The position numbers and the translations under genes are program-made. The notes below the pieces were generated by a model. That model was given only the letters and a program-made list of their open reading frames with translations, searched no databases and was not told the origin of the DNA. Shown piece by piece: positions 40,283 to 51,732 of a stretch of 64,000 nucleotides of DNA; position 1 is the first letter of the stretch, and each line of letters starts with the position of its first letter. The stretch is from Ignavibacteriota bacterium (GTDB lineage: Bacteria > Bacteroidota > Ignavibacteria > UBA10030): the NCBI GenBank assembly GCA_963727825.1, contig CAVSHO010000007.1, positions 224,001-288,000 on the forward strand, read 5' to 3'.

Positions 40283-40400
40283 ACAACGCGAATCTCCCAA
40301 AGGATATTTCTATCTCATATTTCTTACTTACTTGATTAAGCAGTATAGATGTCGTATTTTATATAGAGAATTCAATTCACTAAAAATTGTATTGAGGCAG

Positions 40401-42771
40401 ATGCAGCGGTTTGTTATTGCGGTTATATCATTGCTCATTCTTAGTTGTTCTTCAGAACAAGCAACTCATACCAGGTACTAGTCCAATAGTACAATCTTTA
40501 GATACTCAAAAAGCAATTCCATCCAGCAAGGGAATCAAAATCTCTTCGATTGAAGCGTTGAATGGAATCACACCGCATATAAGCAAGCCCAAATCCGACA
40601 CTGCCGATTCACTAAACAATGCAGCGGATACAGTTTATGCAAATGGTAATGGCGGTATTACCTCCGACACTTTGAACGAGGATATGGAACTCATTCTCCA
40701 GCGGCTTGAGCAAGCTCGCCAGCATTATTTACTTGCGCTTGCCTCACAAGAATCGGGAGATTCTGTCAGCTGCGGAATTGAATTTGAAGCCGCGATTCAG
40801 ATTCTTAACGAGCTAAGTGATTATTCTAGCATCGATAGTTCTAAAGAATATAAGGATTTGAGTAAGAGTCTTGTAGAAGATTACGAAAAGTACATTGCGC
40901 AAATCGACAGTCTTGGCCCGAATGCATCCGTATATGCACTTCGGGAAAAAATAAATCAATTTGTGGAACAAGGTGACACCACAGGATTAAAGATTCCGCG
41001 CTTTGAAATTAAAGGAACACAGGTCCCATTGCCGCTCAACGAGTATGTTGAGCGCGCCACTGCATTTTTTATGGGCAAAGGCAGGCATTATATAGAGCGC
41101 TGGCTTTATCTCTCGGGCAAGTATTTTCCTATTATGAAACGCGTTTTCAAAGAGGAAGGAGCTCCTGAAGAACTTGCTTGCTTAGCTATGCCAGAAAGCG
41201 GTTTGCGTCCTGATGCACGTTCGTGGGCACGTTGTGTAGGATTATGGCAGTTTTCGAAGGGAACCGGTTCACTTTACGGATTGCGTGCGAATTGGTGGAT
41301 TGATGAAAGACGAGACTTTGAAAAATCAACGCGCGCAGCGGCCAGGCATTTGAAGGATTTGTATTCTGAATTAAACGATTGGAATTTAGTATTAGGGGCA
41401 TACGATGCAGGTGCAGGAAGAATCTTTCGTGCAATGCGGCGAAGCGGTTCAAACGACTATTGGGAAATGAGAAAGTACTTACCGCGTGAGACACGAAATT
41501 ATATTCCTCAATATGTTGCAGTCACTAGAATTGTTCTGAATCCACAAAGGCATGGTTTCACCGACGTGCAAAAGGCGGATTCACTTGCATTCGATGTAGT
41601 GAATATTGATGACTGTATCGATTTGCGTATACTTGCAAAGTGCGCTTTGACCACAGTGGATACACTGCAGGAACTTAATCCAGAACTACTTCGTTGGTGC
41701 ACTCCCCCCGGTGTTACTGGATATCGGTTCCGAATTCCATACGGAAGAAAAGATACGTTTCTTGTTAACTATTCCCATATTCCTGTTGAACAAAAAAAGG
41801 ATTGGGCAATTCATACAGTTAAGCGCGGCGAAACAGTTTCATCCATTGCCCGCAAATATGGATTAGCTGCATCTCTTTTGAATGATGTAAACAATATTCA
41901 TACCAGCAGACGTTTGCGTGTTGGTACAGTGCTCGCAATTCCAATTCCACGCGATGCAGCAGATAGTAAAGTTCCATTTGATTATTCGCCGGAGGTAAGG
42001 GGGATGAACTTTGGTGCGATGAAATCCTATGCAGCGAAAGATGAAGTTAGCAAAACAAAGTTGAGGCACGCGAAGAGAGAAGTGGAACAGCCCAAAGGGA
42101 AAAAGAAACTTGTCTATCATGTCAAACGAGGCGACACGATTGGGCATATCGCTGAATGGTATGGTGTGCGTGCCAGCGATATTCGAAATTGGAATGACAT
42201 TGCATACGGCAGCTACATTCATGCGGGTCAAGCTATTGCCATCTGGGTATCAGAAACAAAGGCGAAACTATTAACAAAAATTGACAAGATGGAGTTCTCA
42301 GAAAAGCAATCGTTGATAAAAGGTGATCTTGCAGAAGCGGCTCGATCAGAAGAAGTAAATACGAGAACTAAATCTTCGTCAACAGAATGGCTTCAACACA
42401 CAGTCAAATCCGGTGAGACACTAGAGAAAATTGCACGGACGTTTGAAGTCAGCATCAGCGATTTGAAACGGTGGAATAATCTTCGTACTTCGCGGATTGT
42501 TGCCGGGCAATCGCTGGAAATTTACGATAAGCCTGAAGAACGCGTCAAGATTGTTTCATCATCAGCAAAATATCCTACAGAACATTCGGTTAAAACATCG
42601 AGCACAGGTATTTTCTCACCAACGCACAAAGTGAAAAAAGGCGAATCGATTTACACAATCGCCAAGATGTATGGTGTGGATATCCAGAAGCTGAAAAAGC
42701 AAAACGGTCTGCATAGGAATAAAATTCTCGTTGGGCAAATCCTGAAAATACCATCCAAAACGCAATCATAG
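40401..42771 (+). CDS. mltD: LysM-containing lytic transglycosylase, MltD-like (apparent frameshift near 40455)
   Basis: Lipoprotein signal MQRFVIAVISLLILSC lies in a different frame from the body; SLT motifs LAMPESG, GLWQF, ETRNYIP; four LysM domains. Confidence 0.85.
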
Positions 42772-42878
42772 CATTGGTGTTATCGAATTATTATTTTTGA
42801 TTTTATCTGAAAAAGAATATTGACTCTCAATCAAAAATATATACATTGAGTGAGGATTCTGTAGTAAAGCTTTCCATT

Positions 42879-44990
42879 ATGCAAATGAACAATAAATTAC
42901 TTATTCGATTTTTCTTTTTCCTTCCTTTTCTTTTTCCACTATTTACAACTGAAGCACAGCACTTAAGTAAAACGACTGACGATGATAACTCTAAGTATAC
43001 GAATGTTGGCAATATTGCAATTACTGTTTCAAATTTCGGTGTCTTTGGGAATGGACTGAATGATTGGCCGACAACAGGTTTTCGACAGCCCTCCATGGAA
43101 TATCCGCGCGGTTCGGGTATAGAACATCTATTTATAGGCGGGCTCTGGGTAGGCGCGATGACTGTTAATGGTATTCACGTTACAACAGGTGCTGTAGACG
43201 TCAGTTCTATAGCTCCAGGAAAGCAGTATCAAGGATTTGAATTTACTACCGGAGTAAATTCAATAGTTATCGAAAAATCTACATTACCGGATAGCAGATT
43301 TTATGATCCTTCCGCCATCAGTCATCAAGACTTCATTGCTGATTTTACCGATACGAATACAATAAACCCTGCAAATAATCAGACAATTTTCAACCATAGC
43401 CCAATGGGCATTAATGTGCACATGGAAACTTATGCCTTCAATTATTCTTTCGCAGACAATTTTGTTATTTTTAATTACTGGATAAAAAATATAAGCGGAA
43501 ATTCGTTAGATAGTGTCTATGTCGGTCTATACGCTGATCTCGTTGTAAGAGATTGGAATCTTACTCCTTCAACGGTTGGAACGCCGTACTATAATAAAGG
43601 CGGGCTGGGATATGTTGATACACTCAATCTCGCTTATGCCTACGATTTTGATGGTGATGGCGGTGCTGCGGATTCGTATGGAGGAATAAAATTTTTGGGT
43701 TCTTCACCATATAAAAACGCAACACTTTATCAATCTTGGCTGTACAATAATAGTACTGATGCGACATTTTTTTCCCCACTCACAGATGATGTAAAATATA
43801 GTAAAATGGCTACTGCGTTATTACCTGCGCAATTAAATGCACTATTTGGAATTGGCGGAGATGGAAAACCAAGCAACAATATGACATTGTTAACTGTAGG
43901 GCCATTTTCACATATTGCTGCCGGTGATTCTGTAAACGTAGTTTTTGCACTGCTTGCAGCTAAGATGCAAACCTGGGGACCGCCTGATCCCGATAACCTG
44001 ACGTACTATCCGCATAACCGCGATAAATTATATCAAACATGCACATGGGCACAAAAAACGTATAATGGTGAAGATCGTAATGGCAACGGTATCCAGGATT
44101 CTAATGAAGTATGGACAGGTCACGATGCGGCAGGACGTCCAGCACCTAAGCGATATTTCTTGCCTTCACCACCAAATGCCCCGCACGTAAAAGTTGTATT
44201 GTCAAGTAAGACAGCAGATATTTATTGGGATAGAGGTGCCGAGGACTCTGTTGATCCAATTTCATTCCTGAAAGATTTTGAAGGATATAGAGTATACGGT
44301 ACAAATACAGGTGCTGATTTAGTCGGAACAAGTGAGCTTCTTTCAAAATTAATTCTCCTTGGCGATTTTGATCGTGCAGATGATCAAATAGGTTATAATA
44401 CTGGATTTGGTCGTATCCGGCTCAGTGCACCTGTTCAATTTTTACATGATACAACACATTATTATTATAAATTCACCGTACCAAATTTACTCAATGGATG
44501 GCAATATGGATTTGCCGTCACAGCATATGATTCAGGCGATGCAGCGACAAACCTTATCAGCCTTGAAAGCAGCGCGTTGCAGACTCTTCAAAGAGTGGTT
44601 CCAGGAACTCCACCCCAGCAAAATGGAAGTCATCCGGTTGGAGTTTATCCCAACCCGTATTATACTCGTGCCTATTGGGATGGAACGCAAGAACGCGATC
44701 GTAAACTTTATTTCTTTAACCTGCCCGCACACGCAGAAATTAGAATCTATACACTTGCAGGCGACGTGGTAGATGTTATGCAGCACGATGCAGCGACCTA
44801 CAATGCCAATGACATACAATGGTTTCAATCAACGTTCTCGGATGGCACTCAACAATTAGCTGGCGGTGAGCATGCGTGGGACTTGATTACGAGGAAAGAT
44901 CAGGCAGTTGCATCAGGATTGTATTTATTTACAGTAAAGAATAAAGATACAGGTGAAATGCAACGGGGTAAATTTTTAGTTATTAAATAA
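42879..44990 (+). CDS. Secreted protein with a T9SS-type C-terminal sorting domain
   Basis: Signal peptide; SNFGVFG..EYPRGSG..HLFIGGLWVGA; DFEGYRVY; C-terminus VYPNPY..IRIYTLAGD..WDL..VASGLYLF..GKFLVIK. Confidence 0.75.
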   Translation: MQMNNKLLIRFFFFLPFLFPLFTTEAQHLSKTTDDDNSKYTNVGNIAITVSNFGVFGNGLNDWPTTGFRQPSMEYPRGSGIEHLFIGGLWVGAMTVNGIHVTTGAVDVSSIAPGKQYQGFEFTTGVNSIVIEKSTLPDSRFYDPSAISHQDFIADFTDTNTINPANNQTIFNHSPMGINVHMETYAFNYSFADNFVIFNYWIKNISGNSLDSVYVGLYADLVVRDWNLTPSTVGTPYYNKGGLGYVDTLNLAYAYDFDGDGGAADSYGGIKFLGSSPYKNATLYQSWLYNNSTDATFFSPLTDDVKYSKMATALLPAQLNALFGIGGDGKPSNNMTLLTVGPFSHIAAGDSVNVVFALLAAKMQTWGPPDPDNLTYYPHNRDKLYQTCTWAQKTYNGEDRNGNGIQDSNEVWTGHDAAGRPAPKRYFLPSPPNAPHVKVVLSSKTADIYWDRGAEDSVDPISFLKDFEGYRVYGTNTGADLVGTSELLSKLILLGDFDRADDQIGYNTGFGRIRLSAPVQFLHDTTHYYYKFTVPNLLNGWQYGFAVTAYDSGDAATNLISLESSALQTLQRVVPGTPPQQNGSHPVGVYPNPYYTRAYWDGTQERDRKLYFFNLPAHAEIRIYTLAGDVVDVMQHDAATYNANDIQWFQSTFSDGTQQLAGGEHAWDLITRKDQAVASGLYLFTVKNKDTGEMQRGKFLVIK

Positions 44991-45035
44991 TTCATTCATT
45001 TTCAATTCATTCACTTTAAAATAATGGAGGTATTT

Positions 45036-47459
45036 ATGAAAATGCGATTACTTGTTTTTATTTTAATCGCTATTTGTATTTGTGGATTTCTTTCGACCAC
45101 AAATGCGCAGAAGGTTATCACCATTCCACAACTGCAGTACACTTCAAGAGATTCGTTACTAAAACTGGATACACTTCAAAATGCTGCGAGTGCAATACGG
45201 CTTGATAAATCTTCCTATTGGCATGGTTCTGGAACAGCATACAATGACGATGCAAAAAATGATACGGTACAGGTGAAAGGCGTCGTAATTGTTGCACCGC
45301 GTACTCTTACGTACACACTTGCCAGATTCAATATTTATTTACAGGATAGTGCAGGGAATGTGTTTGGAGGCCTCAACGTTCTCACCGACGATACTTCAGC
45401 AACTGCCCAGGGGACGGGAATAACGGCTCTTGATACAGGAGACGTTGTAACTATTACCGGAAAACTAAAGGAATACAGTGCGAGCGGTCAAAATAACTCG
45501 CTTACGGAGATACTTTGCTATTCAAAGGGCTTTTATGAGAAAGTGACGCCTGTAAATGTTTCTAGTTCATGGAAGAACAACACAGGAGTGCGTCCCAAGC
45601 CTATAGAATTCGTGGGCTGTGATACTTTTGCTAGAGGATTGTTTCCAAAACCATCCAGTGGCGAACAATATGAGGGAATGTATGTACGTATCGATAGTGT
45701 GACGGTGACCGCCATTGATGCCGGTTACGGTAGTTTTACATTTATGGATTCAAGGGGAAATATGATGAAGATGTACGATGGTTCAAAATGGTATACCCTT
45801 CGTTCCCATGCAGCGACGAACTCGACATATACACCTCCTCCCGTTGGAACGGTTTTGAAATATATCCAAGGAGTGATTGTTGATCAAGCAAGAACTGGTA
45901 CGTGTGGCGACTATTGTGTTATGCCGTTGTATCCAGGACCAAATGAACTTAAAGGGTCAACTTATCCCGGTGATATTGTTGTAAGTCAATATGGACCGGC
46001 AATTACGTCGCTTCGACGATTGCCATCTCCACCAAAGCCAACAGATATCGTAAATATAACATACAAATCTTATAATCCAGCCAATATTTCTCAAAATGCA
46101 GATAGTACATTCTTTAAATATAGAGTTGGAACGCAATCCAATGTGAGAAGCATTTTGCCTTGGCAGAGGGTGAAGATTAATTTCGTTGCTGGAGATACCG
46201 TTTATCACGCATCTATACCTGCACAAGCAGAAGGTTCACTGGTAAGTTATTATGTGGAATCATGGTTGGCGGGGGTTCAGAGTACATCACCGGATTCGTC
46301 GATTCCCTCTTTTTATGTCGTAAGAGCTGCTGGTCCGAATCTCTATGATGTTTGTTATTCACCATTTGCCAATGGTGCGTCGGGTTTTGCGTACGATACT
46401 GTTACAGTGAGTGGTGTTATTATTGCTGATACAACCGATATACAAGATATAGCTACACGAGGCGGACGAGCGAATTCTCCATTGTTATGGTTGCAGGCAG
46501 GAACGTCTATGTATAATGGTATCCAAATTTGGAGTCCCCTTGGAAAAATTATTGATACATTGAAACGTGGAGATAGCGTCTCTGTGCGTGGTTCAGTGTA
46601 TGGAACTACCAATAGGATACAATTAGCGGTTACATCCATGCCGTACTTTAGACGTGGTGGCTCCGTTATTCCTGCGCCTAAAATGCAACAAGTGGCGAGT
46701 TCACCGTACTTCGACTATGATGTATTAAGTCCTATTGGGGCAACTATCTCTGGAACCTCCACCGCCTACGCATTTCAAGAATTTATGTCAATGCTTAATG
46801 AGGTTGATAATTGGTATGTCGTCCTTCGCAATGCGGATAATCAGTTAAACACTGCTATAAATAATTATGGAGAGTTCTTTATATCAAGTAGTACTACACC
46901 TAACTCCATTGGATCGTTTTACGGTGTTCGTGTGGATGATAATGGTGTGAACAATTATTACTGTGATACAAGCAGCATGTATATTTCAGGAGGGATTTAT
47001 AGTTATAACACCACCCATCTTTTTACGGTCGGTATAAAAGGTAATCCGGCATATCTGATTCCATTGTATGCGAAGATTTCATACGTACGTGGCATATTAG
47101 ATTATACAAACGGCAATTATAAATTAGAACCACGGAAGAATGATGACTTTGGTATTATCACGACTGAAGTCTTCAAAGAGCAGAACACTCTTCCAACAGG
47201 ATTTAAACTAGAGCAAAATTATCCTAATCCATTTAATCCCACGACAACTATTCGCTATATGTTGCCTATGACGAGTAAGGTGACATTGAGAATATATAAT
47301 ATTCTGGGACAAGAAGTAGAATCATTATTTGATGGTCAAGCAACAGCGGGTGCATACGTCGTTCAGTTCAATGCATCACGACTCGCAAGTGGTGTATACT
47401 TCTATGAACTTAGAGCAGGTGATTTCCGGGATATTAAAAAAATGGTTCTATTGAAGTAA
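45036..47459 (+). CDS. T9SS type A cargo protein with multiple OB-fold-like modules
   Basis: Signal peptide; YLQD..GGLNV..GDVVTITGKLKEY; EQYEGMYVRI; RGDSVSVRG; YKLEPR; CTD LEQNYPNPFNPTTTIRY..LASGVYFY..KKMVLLK. Confidence 0.8.
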   Translation: MKMRLLVFILIAICICGFLSTTNAQKVITIPQLQYTSRDSLLKLDTLQNAASAIRLDKSSYWHGSGTAYNDDAKNDTVQVKGVVIVAPRTLTYTLARFNIYLQDSAGNVFGGLNVLTDDTSATAQGTGITALDTGDVVTITGKLKEYSASGQNNSLTEILCYSKGFYEKVTPVNVSSSWKNNTGVRPKPIEFVGCDTFARGLFPKPSSGEQYEGMYVRIDSVTVTAIDAGYGSFTFMDSRGNMMKMYDGSKWYTLRSHAATNSTYTPPPVGTVLKYIQGVIVDQARTGTCGDYCVMPLYPGPNELKGSTYPGDIVVSQYGPAITSLRRLPSPPKPTDIVNITYKSYNPANISQNADSTFFKYRVGTQSNVRSILPWQRVKINFVAGDTVYHASIPAQAEGSLVSYYVESWLAGVQSTSPDSSIPSFYVVRAAGPNLYDVCYSPFANGASGFAYDTVTVSGVIIADTTDIQDIATRGGRANSPLLWLQAGTSMYNGIQIWSPLGKIIDTLKRGDSVSVRGSVYGTTNRIQLAVTSMPYFRRGGSVIPAPKMQQVASSPYFDYDVLSPIGATISGTSTAYAFQEFMSMLNEVDNWYVVLRNADNQLNTAINNYGEFFISSSTTPNSIGSFYGVRVDDNGVNNYYCDTSSMYISGGIYSYNTTHLFTVGIKGNPAYLIPLYAKISYVRGILDYTNGNYKLEPRKNDDFGIITTEVFKEQNTLPTGFKLEQNYPNPFNPTTTIRYMLPMTSKVTLRIYNILGQEVESLFDGQATAGAYVVQFNASRLASGVYFYELRAGDFRDIKKMVLLK

Positions 47460-47466
47460 TTGTTCA

Positions 47467-47497
47467 GGCGGAGAGGTGCTTGCTGCTCCTCTCCGCC
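47467..47497 (+). other. Intra-operon GC-rich stem-loop
   Basis: GGCGGAGAGG/CCTCTCCGCC 10-bp stem just after the stop codon, with no U-tract. Confidence 0.55.
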
Positions 47498-47517
47498 GCT
47501 ATTATTTGAGGACTCTC

Positions 47518-48912
47518 GTGAGATTTCAAACTGTTGCTATTCTCTTATTAATTTTAATGATTGGATGCTCAAAGCATTTTACCAATCAGCCATTGCCCAA
47601 TCAGCCACCGGAGACTTTTCTGACGATACTCACAGATAGTACATTGCGGAGTACGACAAGCCAACAGCATCTTCATTGGTGGGGGGTTGACCCGGATGGT
47701 TTTGTTAAGGGGTATTACATTTCTTTCGATAGTCTTCACTGGACGTTCACAACAAGCAATGATAGTGTTATAGGATTAAAACTCACTACAAACGATACAA
47801 CATATAAATTTTTTGTAGCCGCAGTTGATAATGAAGGATTAGTGGATCCGACACCAGCATCAATACATGATCCTATCCATAATACACCTCCAGTGGTATC
47901 ATTTGTATTGCAATCGGATGTCCCTGATACTACTTATCCTGTCGCAACATTCCAGTGGATTGGTACGGACGTTGACGGAAACGAAACAATCGTCAATTAC
48001 TATTATGCAATAGACGATACATTGAAACCTACTAGTTGGAAAACCATAGCGGGCACTATCAATAATGTTACGGTGGATTCATCTAATGGCCTTACAGAAG
48101 GCAATCATATTTTCTATCTAAAGGCGCGAGATGTTGCGGGAGCATATAGTAAAATTATTCGTATGCCAATTGATACAACAAAAACATGGTATGTAAAAAA
48201 ACCCAAAGGTGATTTCCTCATCATCGATGACTATGGACTTACAGATCCAGCGGATGTATTTTATTCTCAGATTTTTGACACTTTGATGAATGGGAGATTA
48301 AAAGCGCAAGATGTATGGGATATAAAAACCGGATATTCCGGAAGCAGTAAGGGTACGTATGTACCACCGCTTATTGATCCCACATTTATAAAGACCATAG
48401 AACTATTCAAATATATTTTTTGGTATGCAGACAATAATCCGCAATTAGGTATTGCACAGGTAGCTCTTCCGGCATTTGAAAAGAACGGCGGTAAGGTTCT
48501 TTTTGCGACAGGTTTTCCTGACGGTTCTCTTGACCTAACTGGAATCGGGGATTTTGCTCCCATCGATAATGTTGAATCGAACTCATTCGCACTAAAGCTC
48601 TTCCCTGCAGATTCGATAGTAGCGGTTGATCCGAGCTATCCCAATCTCATCCGTGATTACGGTGCAATCTATACATTCCCTCGTGGATTGTTACCTAAAG
48701 TAAACGCCCGGATCATCTATCAAATGCTGCCATCTTCGCGTTGGAATCATGATACGACTATGATCGTTATGGGTGTGAAAGATGCTGATCAGGCAAGTTT
48801 TGTTATGATCTCTGCAATTTTGCACCGTTTTGGTGGTTTGCCACCAGGTGTACCAAACAATGTCCCTGCTATTCTCCGTAGAGTATTTCAAGGTGAATTT
48901 GGAGTGCAATGA
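47518..48912 (+). CDS. Lipoprotein with Ig/FN3-like domains
   Basis: GTG start after GAGG; lipobox LILMIGC; W.G.DPDG..Y, F.V.AVDNEG..DPTPA repeats. Confidence 0.75.
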   Translation: MRFQTVAILLLILMIGCSKHFTNQPLPNQPPETFLTILTDSTLRSTTSQQHLHWWGVDPDGFVKGYYISFDSLHWTFTTSNDSVIGLKLTTNDTTYKFFVAAVDNEGLVDPTPASIHDPIHNTPPVVSFVLQSDVPDTTYPVATFQWIGTDVDGNETIVNYYYAIDDTLKPTSWKTIAGTINNVTVDSSNGLTEGNHIFYLKARDVAGAYSKIIRMPIDTTKTWYVKKPKGDFLIIDDYGLTDPADVFYSQIFDTLMNGRLKAQDVWDIKTGYSGSSKGTYVPPLIDPTFIKTIELFKYIFWYADNNPQLGIAQVALPAFEKNGGKVLFATGFPDGSLDLTGIGDFAPIDNVESNSFALKLFPADSIVAVDPSYPNLIRDYGAIYTFPRGLLPKVNARIIYQMLPSSRWNHDTTMIVMGVKDADQASFVMISAILHRFGGLPPGVPNNVPAILRRVFQGEFGVQ

Positions 48913-48913
48913 G

Positions 48914-51730
48914 TTGAGGCAAATAAAAACAATATTATTGCTTCTCTGCTGCATAGGATTCATTGCTAATATGGTTTTCGGTGAAGGGAAAGGTGTCATA
49001 AAAGGCACAGTAAAGGATGCCAAAACCGGTGAGGGATTGCCGGTGGTGAATGTCAAAATAAAAGGGACATATTACGGTGCTGTAACTGATTTCGATGGTC
49101 ATTACACTATTCCTAAAATTAATCCCGGTAGTTATACATTGGAATTCAGTCTTGTTGGCTATACACAAGTGCAACGTACTGACGTAAGAGTAGAAGCAGA
49201 TAAGGAAAGTACTATCGATCAGGATATGCAGGAAACAGTTCTCTCTCTTGGTCAGGAAGTCGTTGTAGTTGGCGAAAAACCACTTGTAAATCTCGAAGAG
49301 ACATCGAGTAAGCATTCCATATCGTCTGATGACTTAAGAGCGACTGCAGTAGTAGATGTGAAGGATGTTGTTGCGCAGCAGGTTGGAGTTGTGCAAACTG
49401 ATAACGAAATACATATCCGTGGAGGAAGATCGAGCGAGAATGCATATCTCCTTGATGGAGTGTCCATTCAAGATCCGCTTGCAGGGACGGGGTTTGGTTT
49501 GCAATTAAGCACAGATGCAATAGAAGAAGTTCAGATTATTACAGGTGGTTATAATGCAGAATATGGACAAGCAACGTCTGGTGTAGTCAATGTATCTTTG
49601 AAAGAGGGCTCACAGGCTTACCATGGAAGCCTTTCCTATAAACGAGATCATCTTGGAAGAGTTGATGGTTCTTTGCATATCTTCAATCAAGATCTCGGCG
49701 AGTTTACATTAAGCGGACCGGAACCAGTTACCTCTTACTTATTACCGGTCTTAGGTGTTCACGATATTGGCACCGTGACCTTCTTTACAGATTTTAGTGC
49801 TAACCTTTCCGATGGAATATATGGAAAACGCGCAAACCAAATAAATTCTTCTATTTTCTATGGGACTCGATTTGCTCCGCGGGAAGAAAATAATTACTTC
49901 GGTTTGGTAAAGTTGACATGGAAAATATCACAAATGATGCGTATTTCGTATTCATACACTCGTTCTGTTTCGATCAACCAAAACACTCAAGAGTTACAAA
50001 CAAATCTTGAATATGTTGAATCAAGCCCGGGATTCCAATATGCATTTGAAAATATTCTAGACAATGCTATGACATATACGCACGATAATCAAATGCACAT
50101 GATTAGCCTTACGCAGACACTATCCAATTCCATGTTCTATGAATTGAAGTATTCGCATTATTATACTCACCTTCGTGCTGATGCCAATGGATTGAATTAC
50201 ACACAATATACAGAGCCATTAGACATCGTTACTTTCCCTGTATCTTACTATCCGCTGCCATTGCGCGATACGGTTAATGTTATTCCTGGTGACGGTTTGT
50301 ATGACCTTGGAGATGGATTCACCTGGCATGATCATTATGTTATAGAAAATACTTTAAAATTTGATCTTACTAAGAATTTCTCGGAAAAAAATAAATTCAA
50401 GACAGGGTTTGACGTAACATTTCAAGAGATGCAAAATATCGATATCTATGAACCCTGGGTTGGTACACTTGGGCTCAATAATGATATTTACAAAGTCTTT
50501 CCTGCGTTTGGCGCCTTCTATGCACAGGACAATATTACGTATGGCGGTATGATTCTTAATGCGGGATTGCGTTTCGATTATTGGTTTCCCGGACAATATG
50601 TGGATAATGCAGTAAAAGACACGAATGTGATCACTATCCCGGATCAGATTCGACAAGATTACGAAAATTCGACCTATTCATTTTTAGGACATCGCTGGAA
50701 AGGAAGAATTAGTCCGCGGATTGGTATTTCACATCCGATATCAGATAATCAAATGCTTTTTTTCTCGTACGGTCAGTTTTCAAAGCGGCCTAAACCGCAA
50801 TTTGTCTATGCAAAATTGAGTCCCTCCGCAGCGCAATCGAGTTTCCAGGAATTTGGTAATCCAGATCTTAATCCCGAAACAACAGTAGCTTACGAATTAG
50901 GTGTACAAACCCAATTTTCAAATAACGACGTTCTATCAGTTACTGCCTACTACAAAGATATATTTGATTATGTGACGACAGAGGCTGCGAAAGTGACCAG
51001 CGCACGCTTATCAGGCAGCAGTTTTTACACTTATGTCAATCAAGATTATGCTACATCTCGCGGTATTGAGGCCGAGTATCAAAAGCGAATAGGAAAATGG
51101 TTCCTCGGCATACTTTCAGGGTCTTATTCCGTAACGACGGGGAAAAGTTCCACTCCAGATGAAGCGGTTCTGGTGGCGCGCGGAGTAGATTATGAAACGA
51201 TTAAAGAAAATTATATGGAGTGGGATCGTCCATTCCAATTTAATCTTACAACGACGTTCAACGTAGTGAAAGATGAACCGTTGTTCGGCTTCGGCCGTGG
51301 TATTTTGGATAATTATTCGTTCTATATACATGCATTCTACGAATCGGGAAAACGTTATACGCCGTATATTTATTCCGGAGTTGCTGCAAATGGTCAACCG
51401 GAATATTATGAGGATCTGAACAACCTGTTAGGTGATGTTGGTCAGGATTGGTTTTGGATAGATGTAAATTTTGAAAAAACCTTTAAACTTATAGGACTAG
51501 ATTTTACTTTTTCTGTACAGGTGAAGAACATTCTCGATACTAAAAATTCTGCCATCATTAATCCGGTGACTGGTAAGGCATATGAGTATGGCGACGATAC
51601 TCCTTATGGTAAAAGCTGGAATAATCCGTTATATCCGCAACTTCAGGCGCCTATTACTCCGTATCCTTATGATCCTTCCCGATATCTTGCCGGACGCAAT
51701 GTGCTTTTTGGACTAAGCATGAAGTTCTAA
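48914..51730 (+). CDS. TonB-dependent receptor
   Basis: Carboxypeptidase-regulatory N-domain, plug HIRGGRSSENAYLLDG..TGGYNAEYGQATSGVVN, SPRIGISHPI, GNPDLNPE, terminal Phe. Confidence 0.92.
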   Translation: MRQIKTILLLLCCIGFIANMVFGEGKGVIKGTVKDAKTGEGLPVVNVKIKGTYYGAVTDFDGHYTIPKINPGSYTLEFSLVGYTQVQRTDVRVEADKESTIDQDMQETVLSLGQEVVVVGEKPLVNLEETSSKHSISSDDLRATAVVDVKDVVAQQVGVVQTDNEIHIRGGRSSENAYLLDGVSIQDPLAGTGFGLQLSTDAIEEVQIITGGYNAEYGQATSGVVNVSLKEGSQAYHGSLSYKRDHLGRVDGSLHIFNQDLGEFTLSGPEPVTSYLLPVLGVHDIGTVTFFTDFSANLSDGIYGKRANQINSSIFYGTRFAPREENNYFGLVKLTWKISQMMRISYSYTRSVSINQNTQELQTNLEYVESSPGFQYAFENILDNAMTYTHDNQMHMISLTQTLSNSMFYELKYSHYYTHLRADANGLNYTQYTEPLDIVTFPVSYYPLPLRDTVNVIPGDGLYDLGDGFTWHDHYVIENTLKFDLTKNFSEKNKFKTGFDVTFQEMQNIDIYEPWVGTLGLNNDIYKVFPAFGAFYAQDNITYGGMILNAGLRFDYWFPGQYVDNAVKDTNVITIPDQIRQDYENSTYSFLGHRWKGRISPRIGISHPISDNQMLFFSYGQFSKRPKPQFVYAKLSPSAAQSSFQEFGNPDLNPETTVAYELGVQTQFSNNDVLSVTAYYKDIFDYVTTEAAKVTSARLSGSSFYTYVNQDYATSRGIEAEYQKRIGKWFLGILSGSYSVTTGKSSTPDEAVLVARGVDYETIKENYMEWDRPFQFNLTTTFNVVKDEPLFGFGRGILDNYSFYIHAFYESGKRYTPYIYSGVAANGQPEYYEDLNNLLGDVGQDWFWIDVNFEKTFKLIGLDFTFSVQVKNILDTKNSAIINPVTGKAYEYGDDTPYGKSWNNPLYPQLQAPITPYPYDPSRYLAGRNVLFGLSMKF

Positions 51731-51732
51731 GA

